Source: Octopus vulgaris (Eukaryota). From it: 64,000 nt of DNA. A program made the translations under genes and the position numbers. Positions 50,520 to 64,000 of this stretch are shown in pieces; the first letter of the stretch is position 1; the number at the start of each line of letters is the position of its first letter. The stretch covers positions 45,446,001-45,510,000 of the forward strand of contig OX597820.1 in the NCBI GenBank assembly GCA_951406725.2, in the 5' to 3' direction. The notes under the pieces were generated by a model that was not told the origin of the DNA, made no database searches, and worked only from the letters and a program-made list of their open reading frames with translations.

Positions 50520-50895
50520 ACACACACACACATTCACTCTCCCTATCTCCCTCTGTCTCTCACTCTCTCTCACTCCCTCTCCACTCTCTTTCTTCCCTCT
50601 CATTCCCTCTCACCATTTCTTCTCTCTGTCTCTGTTTCTCACTCACTCACTCACTAACTAACTCACTCACTCACTCACTCACTCACTCTCTCTCTCTCTC
50701 TCTCTCACTTCCTCTCTCTCTCTCTCGTTCTCTCTCTGTCTGTCTCGCTCTCTCTCTCTCGTACAATCACATACATATACGGGGGGCACAAAGAGCACAC
50801 ACATTTTGTTCTGTATACATATGCGCACAAATGTGTGTGTGTGCGCGCGCAAGTACCACTGCTACAACTACTACTGATGCTGCTGCTGCTGCTGA

Positions 50896-51620
50896 TTTTT
50901 TTTTTTGCCTTCTGATTATATCATTACAAGGACAGATTCCAATTAGTGGCGGGGAAAGGATACATAAAAAGATGCGAGGAAGAAAGGGGAGACAAGGAAG
51001 AGATGGAATAAATGTACATAGTTTACAAAATATTTGAACATATGGATGATGCAGTCCTCCTTATACATAATAGCCTCCAACTAGGGTCAATCAAGGAACC
51101 TCACAGATCCAGAATAGCCCTGATCACTACAGGCACAAACACTCGCCCAAATGTTGTCCTCCAGTCTACAGACACACGCTTAGTCCTCCTTATACAGAAT
51201 AGCCTCCAGCTAGGGTCAATCAAGGAACCCCACAGATCCAGGATAGCCCTGACCACTACAGGCACAAACACTCACCCAAACGTTGTCCTCCAGTCTACAG
51301 GCACACGCTTATAGTTAGTTCATTCACGTCGACCATTTTTACCAGTCAGCCACTTTTTGAAAAATTTCTTGGTAGAGAGCACGCCCTCTCCACCCTCACA
51401 TTCCTTTCTAAGCGGAACTTGTAAAAAGGCGTTGAGTGCTTAACTGAAAAGGAAGTTTCCGTCTTCAATTGTTTCAGCCTCGATCGCTACATGATCACTT
51501 TTGCCAGTGACACGAGGCTGTGAAACACTGCCTGTCCTGCCTTGTTAAAGGTGGATGGCAGGACGATTCTCACAATGAACACGACCGATAGCGGGGTTCG
51601 TCCTAAAAACCACAAGTGTT
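50896..51620 (-). mobile_element. Tx1/L1-like LINE 3' remnant with a 2x129-bp internal tandem repeat
   Basis: Decayed C-terminus ...PSTFNKAGQAVFHSLVSLAKVIM*RSRLKQLKTET...NVRVER...FFKKW; tandem units 51053-51181 and 51182-51310; poly(T) on + at ~50896. Confidence 0.5.
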
Positions 51621-52104
51621 TCCTTTATTAAACACAAGGGTTAACTAAAAGATCCAGGACGGTACAGGACGCTGCAGAGAGTGACTTCATAAAAATTTAT
51701 TCAGAAAGGGGAATATAGTAAAACAGAAAAATCAGACCTAGAAAAATCTCCTTAAGTAAATAAATACGCCCTTTTAAAGCCTAGCGAAGCTCATGGGCCC
51801 GGTTTCCCAGTTTCGATGGTGTATGTGTTCCCTAGCTGGACGGGACGCCAGTCCATCGCAGCGTTACTCGTTTTTGCCAGCTGAGTGGACTGGAGCAACG
51901 TGAAATGGAGTGTTTTGCTCAAGAACACAACGCATCGCCCGGTCCATGAATCGAAACCACAATCTTACGATCATGATGCTGACACCCTAACCACTAAGCC
52001 ACGCGCCTCCCACTCCTTAAAGGGTGGGAGCATCGATGAGTAGTTGTGGAAATCCCCTAAAACCATAATCACCTTCACCACTAGTCACCTCTCCAAGCTG
52101 TTCT

Positions 52105-52190
<86 letters not shown>

Positions 52191-52229
52191 GAGTGTACGT
52201 ACACTGCTATATTTTATATATAAAATTTA

Positions 52230-52751
52230 CAAAAGTGGGACAAGAACGCAAAACATCCAGACAGTTAGGTGATGCAAAAAAGGGACAACGAAACATTTAG
52301 ACGGACGATACAAAGAAAACCAGGAGGGGTCATTCGGAGTTTTCTAGATTATCTTTGCAGTTTCCAGATTATCTTTGCAATTTCGGCTGGTTATACTCGA
52401 GATTGCTCTAATCTGGTCAACCTCATGGAAAAACTAAGCTAAGAGCATTAAATTCCTTGGAAGAAAGCAGCGAATGTATACGAAAACAAGGACGGAAATA
52501 AAACAGAGAAATGTTACACAAATACAAATGCAATTAACAGGACATAACAACAGATGTCTTTCGACTAAGAACGAATTAAATTAAGCTGGCGTGTGTGAAG
52601 GCAAGCCTTACGGGAGGGACATAAGATTTAACAGTCACCAGCCGAAATTGCAAAAATAATCTGGAACTCGACTGAGGATAGAAAACTCCGAATAGCCCGT
52701 ACTGGTTTCTTTGTATCGTCTGTCTGGATGTTTTGCGTTCTTGTCCCATTT

Positions 52752-52752
<1 letters not shown>
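52230..52752. mobile_element. Inverted pair of PLE-type terminal repeats
   Basis: gggacaagaacgcaaaacatccagacag...ttgcaatttcggctggt (~52237-52392) mirrors accagccgaaattgcaa...tctggatgttttgcgttcttgtccc (~52637-52747). Confidence 0.7.
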
Positions 52753-52819
<67 letters not shown>

Positions 52820-52821
<2 letters not shown>

Positions 52822-53692
52822 ATATGTGGGAAATTCTGTCTGTGGGTATGTTTGTGGGGTTGTTAGCTAACTCCTCCTACATCATTTTATATCGATTTTG
52901 ATGAAACCTGACACGTAGATAGAACTTATGTCTGGAAACCTCATGGCATACTCAGATTGTTGAAAAAAATCGATAATAGAGCCCGTGGAAGGAATCCTTA
53001 TATATATCTGATATATTTCATTTTAAAAGTCAAGGGAAATAACCCATTCACCCAGATTTTAACAGCCAAGGGAAATAACCCATTCCTTTTCCTAAATCAT
53101 TTGATATAAATCAAATTGAGTATGTTTATTTCTTAGTATTTGAACTGTTAGAGTTATTTTCGCAATTTATCCAGCACAACCCTTAAACAAGTAAATAGTA
53201 TTTCAGTTAGTAACTTAGTCGCGAATATACCAACACTAGCGCTGCTAAAGATGACATTCTCTGGGAGCGCACAAAAGCCCTTTTCAGAGTTATTTACATT
53301 GAATTGTTATCTCATGTCTGATTAGTCTGTTATTACGTAACATACTTCTCGATTTTAGTATACATACCTTATTAGTATTTCCTCCTATGTTCTATATACT
53401 CTGGGAGCGCATTAAAGCCCTTTTCAAAGCTACTTTATTTTATTTCTTACTATCGGGTAACTAATTTCATGTTATTGCATATCTGACTTCACAATTTGGG
53501 TATTCATAACTTATTGGGAATTCCTAAAAACAAGATCATATGTAAGGCAGCTTGGTATTCTCTGTAAATGCAGAAAAACTGTTTTAAGGTCTACATACTT
53601 TGTATTGTTGTTATTGGATTAGAGAAACAATTATGAGAATGGAACCAAAGGATAAGCCCCGCTTTCCCGGGAATTACCGGGTACGTCAGCTA

Positions 53693-53693
<1 letters not shown>
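52820..53693 (+). mobile_element. Non-autonomous Helitron-type element
   Basis: 3' end cccgggaattaccgggtacgtcagCTAG|T, shared with the element ending at ~54513; 5' part has tctgtctgt...cgattttgatgaaa typical of Helitron-derived repeats. Confidence 0.6.
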
Positions 53694-53751
<58 letters not shown>

Positions 53752-53785
53752 TGTATGTGTGTATGTATGTATGTATGTATGTATG

Positions 53786-54513
<728 letters not shown>

Positions 54514-55158
54514 TAAAAGGGTAAAGACCCCATTCGGTCATGAATGACCATGGGATTGCACCTAGAAAGTTACCCTCCTAGACACAAGTCCAGGCAAGGT
54601 TGTTTATGGAAGACCAGCAGTCGCCCATGCATACCAGCCCCCTCTCCACGCCACCAGTGTTATCCAAGGGAAAGACAGAGGTCGATACAGCTTGGCACCA
54701 GTGACGTCGCAACTCATTTCTACAGCTGAGTGAACTGGAGCAACGTGAAATAAAGTGCCTTGCTCAAGAACACAACACGCAGCCCGGTCCGGGATTCGAG
54801 CTCACAACCTCACGATCGTAAGCTCGACGCTCTAACCACTGAGCCAACATAGAGTTTAGATGAAGGCGCGTGACCTAGTGGTTGAGGCGTGCACTCACGA
54901 TCGCGAGACTATGGCTTCGATTTCCAGACCGGCTGTGCTTCATGTTATTGATTAAAATACTTCATTTCACGTTGCTCCACGCCACTCAGCTATAAATGGT
55001 TAACCTTGCAACGGACTGGTGTTCCGTCTGAGGGGAATGTTAGCTTATCCACCGAGCATTCGAAAGTTTAAATAATTCAGGGAAGCGCATTGTGACCAGC
55101 GATGTATAACAACAGTCGACAGTCTGGTCGATACTGTGATGGCGTAACATATACAGTA

Positions 55159-55887
55159 TGTAACGGTGAAAGTTTTTAGTTGATTGCCATTATGTAAAGA
55201 TGAAAGAACAGTGATTGACGTTGTAAAGAAAATATTTATTTTACCGTTACATTGTAAAATACCTTGCCTCGACAGATAGGTGATAAAATCGTAAAGCAAA
55301 CGAAGTAAAGATAGATGTAGATATTCCTTGCATAGTTTGTGCTTGTGTTCTCGTCATTGTATAGTAGTAATTACAGATAGAGATGGAATAAAGTTCTAAG
55401 AAGAAAGTGAGCTGAGCTAGTGATAGTGAGCGAGTCGAGGGAAGTTGTCTCGCATAGTTGCTGATTGTAACTTTCTTTTTCTCTCTGGCCGTTTGTCTTT
55501 AGTGGATGCCTGCTTGTGGCCATGATTTTAGTGGTCCGTTCACTAACTGATGGTCGCTCTCTCTAACTCGGGTTCTCACTAACTCACTAACTGACTTTTG
55601 CTTGGGGGTTCTTGTTTTTATAACTATCCAAAAGATAGGCATATCGTTGAGAGCAATAAATTTTGTTGGTGGTACTGGTTATCTTAATTCTGGCTTTTGG
55701 TGGCTTATAAGAGGTTAGAAGGGTCAAGTGGTGAAGACATTATTTTGCTTAGCTAAGGCATCTGGCAAATGTAAACTGCTGTTACAGAAAAACTATTGTT
55801 TTACCGTGAGAAAAGTGCTGTTGAAGTGTTAATTTAAATTTGGCTATCTAGGATTGAATTCACGCTATGCCTGCAAGATCCACTACA
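55159..55887 (-). mobile_element. Probable solo LTR
   Basis: Starts TGTAAC and ends CTACA; homologous over its length to 61929-62664; AATAAA and TATA-like motifs on the minus strand; flanks agta/tgta are an imperfect 4-bp TSD. Confidence 0.65.
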
Positions 55888-56802
55888 TGTATATTACATG
55901 CAATAATCTAGGAACATTTGGCTGTAGTTTATTGCAAGACAAAGAAGCAACCCATAGAAGCTCTCTTATTGATGTCTCGTGGAGTCTGATCTCTGACAGA
56001 TTCATAGAACAACAAAAATAAAAAACGAAAAGTTTGTCTCTCCGAATGCTTTCACACCCATTCAAGGAGAATTGACCTTCCATCCTAAGCGGATTGACAA
56101 GCTTCAGTCAAGTAGGCCTGCAGATATCTTTCATCGAAAAAGTTTCTTGGTTAGAAAAGGAATCCTTGAAAGATCCTTTATTCTTGAAAAATTGATTATA
56201 ATGAAATGATTATTTGCATATTCATCCTTAATACATCCAGGCAGGTTTCGAACGCAAAATACGTTGGTCGCTGTAGTGTACGTCACAGGAGAGCAAAGTC
56301 TCCCTTTTGCAACGACAAGTTCATAACGCACTCAGCTCATTGGGGCTCATTCACAGAATGACGGATGTCCGCTTAACATAATTCAATCAATACAATGAAA
56401 TCATATATGGGGAAAATCCCTTGCCGGTTACATTGTTACTAACCTAATTTTTAATTCAATAGAAATGCTGAACGTTTTTCTTTTTGCTAAATTTTTATGT
56501 GCTTGACATGTCAACTAAGGTAAGGTGTTAAACTTGTCAAACAGGAACGAGCTGACAAACTACAACAGTTTAAAGACGGAACTATTAAGTTTTGATGCTG
56601 AGATTTTTGGTTGTATCTTTTTCTCTACTTTGTCAGCTGTGAATTAAAGCTAACTATTTCCTGAGGTGTGCTTCGTGTTGTGCTGTTTTGAGTTGAAGTG
56701 AAAAGACGCCTCACCACGCATAACAAATGTCGTCAAACATTTAATTCAAACTTCTGGGTTTCACATCCTTAGAGAAATATCAAGAAAGTGATGCTCTCTC
56801 TC

Positions 56803-56841
<39 letters not shown>

Positions 56842-56915
56842 TCACACACATGCACGCACACATACTTATATACATATGTACATAGGTAGGTAGGTAGGTA
56901 GATAGATAGATATGT

Positions 56916-56987
<72 letters not shown>

Positions 56988-57074
56988 GTAGGTAGATAGA
57001 TAGATATGTATATGCATATATTTATGAGTATGAATATATACGTTATATCATATTATTATATTATATCATATTAT

Positions 57075-57497
57075 ATCTATTATCACTGAAGATTTGGGTA
57101 TGAGACGCCTGTCTGCCAACTTTGTGCCAAAATTGCTTTCAGCTGACCAAAAAGACTTTCGAGTTTCAGTAGCACAAGATCTCCTTGATTGTGCTGAGAA
57201 CGATGAAAACTTTTTGAAAACTTTGCGAAACCTCTGAGCAGGTATTGTCAAGTTTTTGGCAAAATTTGATGCAGATTCTCTACTCAACTTTCTCTGTCTT
57301 AGTCAATGTAACAGTCACACACTACACACCTTCCTTCCAAGCACTGCTGTAAACAGCGGAAGTGAACTAGAACATTAAATCTTAGTGAGGATGCACAGCA
57401 GAGTTTAAGGTCAAATTGTTGCAAGCGGTTTCACTCTGCGCACGTTAGCTTCGTTACTATGGCAACAGTCCGGATACTTATTGATGAGACCACGTAT
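57075..57497 (+). mobile_element. Non-autonomous mariner remnant
   Basis: EDLGMRRLSANFVPKLLSADQKDFRVSVAQDLL...ENFLKT; TIR-like end ...ttgatgagaccacg|ta. Confidence 0.65.
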
Positions 57498-57853
57498 ATA
57501 ATATTTAAAATATATCCGATTTCCATGGTACATATGTGACCTGAATGGGACGTCAGTCTGTTGCAAAGTTACTCATTTACAGTCAAGTGGACCGGAGCAA
57601 CGTGAAACTGAATGTTTTGCTCAAGAACACAACGCACTCCCCGCCCTCCACACTCTGGAAATCAAAACCACGATCTTGCGTGCAACAACCTAACACAAGG
57701 CTACGCGCCTTCACCCTGACTAACTCTGTCAAAAATATTGTTTTACCAGACTTTAAAAATAAGTGCTCTACTAAAAAGTTCTTCAGGGCAGTGTTCCAGC
57801 ATGGCTGCAGATCAATGATTGAAACAAGTGTGTGTGTGTATATATATATATGT

Positions 57854-57894
<41 letters not shown>

Positions 57895-57895
<1 letters not shown>

Positions 57896-58781
57896 TGGGT
57901 TGAGGAATAATTCATGAGCATTTTTTTCCAAATTTAAAAATGCACGCAGAAACAAAACGCACTGGCAAAATGTTATATGTTATTTAAAAGAAAACTTTTT
58001 GCTCTAAATTTTACTGATTTTTGTGTATTTTCAGAGTATTAAAATGAATTGTCAAGTGGATAAAACTGAGCATTTTCAACACCATTTGCTTTTTGCATTT
58101 AATCGAGGTGTTAAGGCCGCCGAAGCTGCTTGCGAGATTTGTGCTGTGTATGGAGAAGAAGCTATGCCCCAAAGTACCGCTCGCCGTTGGTTTCCGCGCT
58201 TCAAAATGGGAATTTTAACCTCAAGGACAGATCACACACCGGTAGATCACTTGAGTTCAATGAAGAGTGATTGAATCAACTTCTTCAAGAAAATCCACAT
58301 CAAACAACCAGAGAATTGGAGGAGAAGTTGGATTGTGATTAAAAAAAAAACAGTAGTGAACCACCTTCACTCAATGTGTAAGGTTCAGAAACTCGGCACT
58401 ACGGGTGCAGCACGACAAGATTCGTCCTCACATCGACAATATGACCAAAGCCGCTATTCAAGAACTCATCTCCCATACTCTCCAGACTTGGCGCCGTCAG
58501 ATTTTCATTTCTTTCGACCGCTTTCGAACACTTTGCGCGGTGCATCGTTCAAAAATGACGTGGAACTGATGGCTTGGTTGGATGAATTCTTTGAGTCATG
58601 GTCAGGAGATTCCTATCACTGTGGCATCGAAATCTTATTGACCGATGGGAGGAAGTCGTAAACAATAACGGAGAGTATACAATTGATTAATTTTTTGAAG
58701 CTTTTTGTTTAAAATAAATTTGAAAAAAAAAATTATGAATTATTCCTCGAAAAAAAAATTATGAATTATTCCTCAACCCAA
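57895..58781 (+). mobile_element. Internally deleted mariner
   Basis: TIRs ttgggttgaggaataattcat / atgaattattcctcaacccaa; HFQHHLLFAFNRGVKAAEAACEICAVYGE...WFPRFK; HLPYSPDLAPSDFHFF. Confidence 0.88.
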
Positions 58782-58784
58782 ATT

Positions 58785-58950
58785 TACAGAAGACAAAAGA
58801 CGAAGACAGGTGTAGGAACAACAAGCAGAAGTATTAGTTTAACGCTCGGGAAGAATGGAAAAGTATTTTACGTTTCCAGCCTACGCACTTCGACAGAAAA
58901 GATTAAGAGGATAAAAACAACGGAGAGAGAGAAAATATGTGTACGCATTA
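58785..58950 (-). mobile_element. Solo PLE terminal repeat, same family as 10062-10280
   Basis: acaaaagacgaagacaggtg...gtattagt...acgtttccagcctacgcacttcgacagaaa aligns by eye with 10112-10225. Confidence 0.75.
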
Positions 58951-60035
58951 TGGAGTGCAGATAGCAAGATGAGTCAAGTAATACTTCTTGATCATCCACT
59001 GCACCCGTCTTCATCTTCAGTCGTCTTGACCTGGCTTGAAAACGGTCACGGGCGAGAGGGTGAGGTTGATGGTGCGCAACCCTTCTTCACTTTAAACAAA
59101 GTCACCGCGTAAGTCATCAGTCATCCTTCATCCAGGATGATTAGATGGTCTTCGTCACCTTGACGGACGACCATGTGTGTGCGCAAATGAAGGTCACGAG
59201 TAACTTTGGTGTTCATGGATTTAAGGGTATTGCAAAAAGCCTGATTGGAGGCCCAAAGTTCCGAATTCTTTTACAGGGCTTAGGAAAACTGAAGGACCGC
59301 TACAATATGTTGAATAAAAACATAATTAACTGATCCTTCTGTATTTTCTTTTACCCAAAACTTTTCACGCGCCCTCGTATTTCTGTACTTCCTCCCAATC
59401 ACTCGACCTACCTATCGATTTATTGAACCATACACAATAAGTATCAATATTAAGAACCTAAATCACGTGATTCTCAATTCTAAAGATGGTCAGCAGTTTA
59501 CTGAAGGAGGTTTGTTTATTTATTTACTAGCTGTATAAATCAGGTCGAGCGATTACGCTGAAGATTTGTCGAGGATGATTCGCTTATTAATTAGGACAAC
59601 TTTTACAATGTCGTAATGCAACGTTTCATATTTAGTTGAAATTTTTACAATGCTGTAATACACTATTTTGTCATTAAGTTGACACTTTACAAGTTGCAAT
59701 ATAACATAATGGGCAATACCTCCACACACACATACACACACACACGTACATATATACATATATGTGCGCACACTCATGCACACACACAAACATTGAAAAA
59801 CATCGTTATAAAGTCGAGGATATTAGGAATAAAACTGTCATTAGAGGTGAATTCTATCAAACATCAATGGAGAGAGAAAGAGACAGCCAGACATACAGAC
59901 AGATATAGAGACAGACAGACAGACAGAGAGCCATACACACACATACACACACACACTAATGCATACATGCATACATACAAGCGTACGTACACAAACACAC
60001 GCCTTCAGATTATTGACTCCATAAATTAGATATAC

Positions 60036-60108
<73 letters not shown>

Positions 60109-60125
60109 TGTGTCTGTGTCTGTGT

Positions 60126-60178
<53 letters not shown>

Positions 60179-61839
60179 TGATTGGACTGGAATTTTATTG
60201 TCAATGGCAACGTTGTAAGTAGAAAGTAAAAAGTAAATAAAATAAAATTATAAACGTGAGTTCGGTTAAATTTCTTTCTGATCCTTCGTCCTTTAAATAC
60301 CAGGCTCCTTAAAGACATGCAGAATATGGCCAACATCTCTACTGCTTTTTATTCTTCTCACTCATCTTTTGAAATTCTTATATGTGTTCCTTGAAGTCTA
60401 AAATATAGGGAACAAAGCTGTGTTCAGGACCGAGAGACGTTCTTGTTCCAAGCTTGAAATTCTTCTTTGGTTATAAAGGATGTTATTATTGTAGTTTAGA
60501 TCTACGTCAACCCTGACCCAGCAGACACCCTCCCTATGTTCAAAAGTATTCCAACCGTGACTATATAGTCTTTTTATTGGACATCATGTTCTCCGTCGTG
60601 AGGTCGAGAACCTTCTGGTCATCATGGATGTCGGCTGACAGATTAACTAGCGCGGAGATTTTGTTTAAAACGAAAAAGAGTTGCGTACCGACAACCTCAC
60701 TCTCTCATTCGTGATCCTCTTCAATCCAGTGGTCAGACCAGGTCAAGACGATTGGGGATGGAGACGGATACTTTCCTCTCCTTTGCACTCCACAATGCAT
60801 TGCTGCAGTCGCCTTCCTCTCCATTGAATCATGATGGTTCCTTCTTTAGAGTTCGCCGGACCCAGTTTTCACATGCATAGGTAGATAAGTCCCTAACTTA
60901 CCAAGAGTTACATACCCGTTGGTTACACTCACCTGATTTAGTTCACCTGTCGAAACGGTTTATCGGGGTATGGTCGTCGGAGAATGTAAACAGCTACTAG
61001 GAGTCAAGTTGAGAGTTGGGTGCCAGAATGAGATCAAAGCGGACAAATAACCCTAAGAGAGCGACGTCAAAGATTCTACATCTCCCTCTGTCTTTATCTT
61101 CTGAGTTCAAATTCCTGCGGCCGACTTTGCCTTTCATCCCCTTCGGAGTCTATAAAATAAATTACCAGTTGAACAGTAGGATCGATGTAATCGACTTACC
61201 CCACCCCACCCTGAAGTTATGGCCTTGTTCCAAAGTTTGTAACCAATGTTTATTCTGTATAGCGTTTTGTGGTTTATGTTGGATACAAATTTTTGACAGA
61301 AATTTGTAAAACCAGTAAAAAAAGTGACGCGATCAGGCTCAAACTTCAATCACGGAATCACGTTAGCAACAACTATAAGAACGCATGCGCAAAAGGCAGC
61401 GAGACAACAATAAAGATATGTTATGACGAAAGTGCGGATAATTTTTGACTTCCCCTCGTATCATAAACCTTCACATCCAGTTTACTATACAGTTCAGTAT
61501 TGACAAACAATATTTCCTGGATATACACGATGTAAAAGTAATTAGAAACTGATAAAAACTTCAACTAAAGAATGTAGAAACTGATAGAGACTTTGATTCT
61601 ACCGATTAAAGATAACACCAATTTATATCATCCCACCCTAAAATAATTGGAGTTATATGAACTTGGCGAAACGATTTTGCACGAGTGGGTGTGTGGCAAG
61701 TAGCTTGCTTGCTTACTACATGGTTCTTGGTTCACTCCCACTGCGTGGCACCTTGTGCAAGTGTCTTCTACTATTGCCTCCGGTTGACCAAAGCCTTGTG
61801 AGTGGATCTGGTAGACGGAAGCTGAAAGAAGCCCGTCGC

Positions 61840-61924
<85 letters not shown>

Positions 61925-61928
61925 TATA

Positions 61929-62664
61929 TGTAACGATGAAGATTATTTTTGTATCGGTTGAAATTTAATTATAACGACATGTTGTAAGATGTGAAAGATG
62001 GACAATGCATGAAGTTTTAAGGAAATATTTATTTACCGTTACATCGAATATACCTTACCTCGACGGGCAGGTGAATAAAATCCTAAAGCATGCGAAGTAA
62101 AGATAGATGTAGATTTTTCCTTTCATAGTTTGTGTTTGTGTTCTCATCATTGTTTAATAGTAATTACGGAGAGATAGAATGATGTTGTAAAAGAACAGAA
62201 TTAGAGCTAGTGAGTGAGAGAGTTTGGAACGTTGTCTTTCTTTTTCCCTCTGACCGTTTGTCTGCCTGCTTCCATGATTCTAGTGGTTGGTTCACTAACT
62301 GATGTTAGCTCTCTCTCAACTCAAGAGTTGTCGCTAAACTAGTTGAGTCATCACCAAGTGACCACTGATTTTTGCTTCAGGGTTCTTGCTTTTAGAACTA
62401 TCCAGAAGGATGGACATATCGTTGAGAACAGTAGATTTAGTTGGTGGTCTTGTTATCTTAATTCTAGCGTTTGGTGAAATAGAAGAGGTTAGAAGGGTCA
62501 AGTGGTGAAGACATTATTTCGACCTAGGTAAGGCAATCTGGCAAAAGTAAAACTGCTGACACAGAAAAACTATTGTTTCACCGTGAGATAAGTTCTGTTG
62601 AAGTGTTAATTTAAATTTGGCTACAGTAGATCGAATCCACTTCATGCCTGCAAGGTTCACCACA
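61929..62664 (-). mobile_element. Probable solo LTR nested in the central microsatellite of a CORE-type SINE (61683-62900)
   Basis: TG...CA termini; homologous to 55159-55887; the SINE head and tail lie on either side. Confidence 0.65.
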
Positions 62665-63829
62665 CACACACACATATGATATATATATATTTATGTGTGT
62701 GTGTTTGTCCCCCCAACATCGCTTGACAACCGAAGCTGGTGTGTTTACGTCCCCGTAACTTAGCGGTTCGACAAAAGAAACCGATAGAATAAGTACTGGG
62801 CTTACAAAGAATAAGCCCTGGGATCGATTTGCTCGACTAAAGGCGGTGCTCCAGCATGACCGCAATCAAATGACTGAAAGAAGTAAAAGAATAAAAGAAT
62901 AAAGGAATAATTGTCTCAAACTATTCAACTTAATAAAATGAAAGAAGTATATAATAAAAGAACATACCCTTTGAATTTAATTTGTAATGCGATTAAAAGG
63001 GAGAAACAAATTGACATTTAGAAATTTCGGGGGAAAATGTGAAAAAAAATCTTAGAAAAACATCTGATCAATAAAAATAGAAGACAAGTAAAAATCTTTA
63101 AAAAGGAGTGACAAACGCAAAACTATATACAAAAAATTGTGGATGTGCCAGTCAGAAAATATAAATGATTGAATTGTGGAACATGCAGATAGTGGTTAGA
63201 AGGTTTCTGAATTCACTCCAAATATGTATCTATATTAAAAATTACTTTTTGTACTACTCAAAACTGCTAAATTAATGACGTGAAATTCAGTCTTTCCGGG
63301 ACCGCTGTATCTCAGTCAACATTTGCTCTACATAGATATATTATGCTTTTTTGGAATCAGGATTGAAAATCTGCCCTTCATTTGGTTCTTGAACATCCAG
63401 CATTGGGATCTAATTTAGAAGTATTTGGGACAAATTGGCCAAGAGTTGGATTTCCACTTGGGACTAGAACAAATAGAATGATAATGATTGCATTAGAAAA
63501 TTAATTCTCATCCGTTCTTAACCAAAGCCTCACCGAGGTATATAGTCATTATAGACGTATTATAGTCATGTTATTTAGCTCTCTATAGTTTTGGGCCGCA
63601 GGAGCTAGCTTAAAAGTCCGCAAGGATTGCGGCTTTTAAGCTAGTTATACACCTGTAAATAGAGGAATTATATTAATATATAGAAGTTACCGAGAACATT
63701 ATATTGGCCCAACTGGGCAGATAGCGGGAAAGAAAATGCCATCGAGCCGTCAGAAAATAAGTAGCCATACACAATAAAAATTCATGTGTCAACAAATAGA
63801 TCACTGTGACGAACAACGGCGAATGCAAT

Positions 63830-64000
63830 TCATGGTGTCCGATTCTATTATGAGTTTTCTGATGCACACCAATTTTTGTGAACCCATGGATAGATAACAA
63901 ATACGTGTTAATTATGAATATGAGTTCTGTCGTGGAACTAATGCATCACAGATAGCCTGAAACATCAATGAGATGTTTGGTGATGTGGCGAATGATCGCA
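63830..64000 (+). mobile_element. Mariner 5' end truncated by the window edge
   Basis: Decayed MDR*QIR...YEFCRGTNASQIA*NINEMFGD, the N-terminal HTH of mariner transposases. Confidence 0.6.

Noticed and set aside
51012-51314. 100-aa ORF with a 43-aa repeat
   Set aside because: A by-product of a 129-bp tandem duplication in the antisense of a LINE 3' region; no splice or homology support.
55159-62664. Full-length LTR retrotransposon between two direct LTR-like repeats
   Set aside because: The copies are clearly diverged, the second is nested in a SINE, there is no shared TSD, and no gag/pol, PBS or PPT is visible between them. Two solo LTRs is the simpler reading.

Overview
AT-rich, repeat-dense eukaryotic DNA. 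The SINE families and the (TA)n/(TAA)n/(GATA)n microsatellites suggest an octopus or other coleoid cephalopod (inference). I can build two spliced minus-strand genes with GT-AG sites and matching exon phases. (1) The 5' part of EFCAB7: four coding exons at 16865-2560, continuing beyond the left edge. (2) A complete 7-exon, 479-aa SLC16/monocarboxylate-transporter family gene at 49903-27229. The rest is mostly transposon debris: Chapaev-3, mariners, Merlin-like MITEs, Helitrons, RTE/CR1/Dong/CRE/Tx1 LINE fragments, Penelope-like elements (PLEs), solo LTRs and three tRNA-SINE families. The most notable signals are: several hammerhead-ribozyme cores in PLE-type terminal repeats; a ~200-bp-arm palindrome centred on what looks like a hammerhead stem II; a 1.1-kb SINE-palindrome-SINE unit inside a single 13-bp TSD; long intronic hairpins that could be ADAR substrates; and a sharp CpG-depletion boundary at the 5' end of EFCAB7. 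Most ORF-track entries are microsatellite artefacts. All family assignments are from recalled motifs, not database searches, and repeat boundaries without a TSD are approximate.
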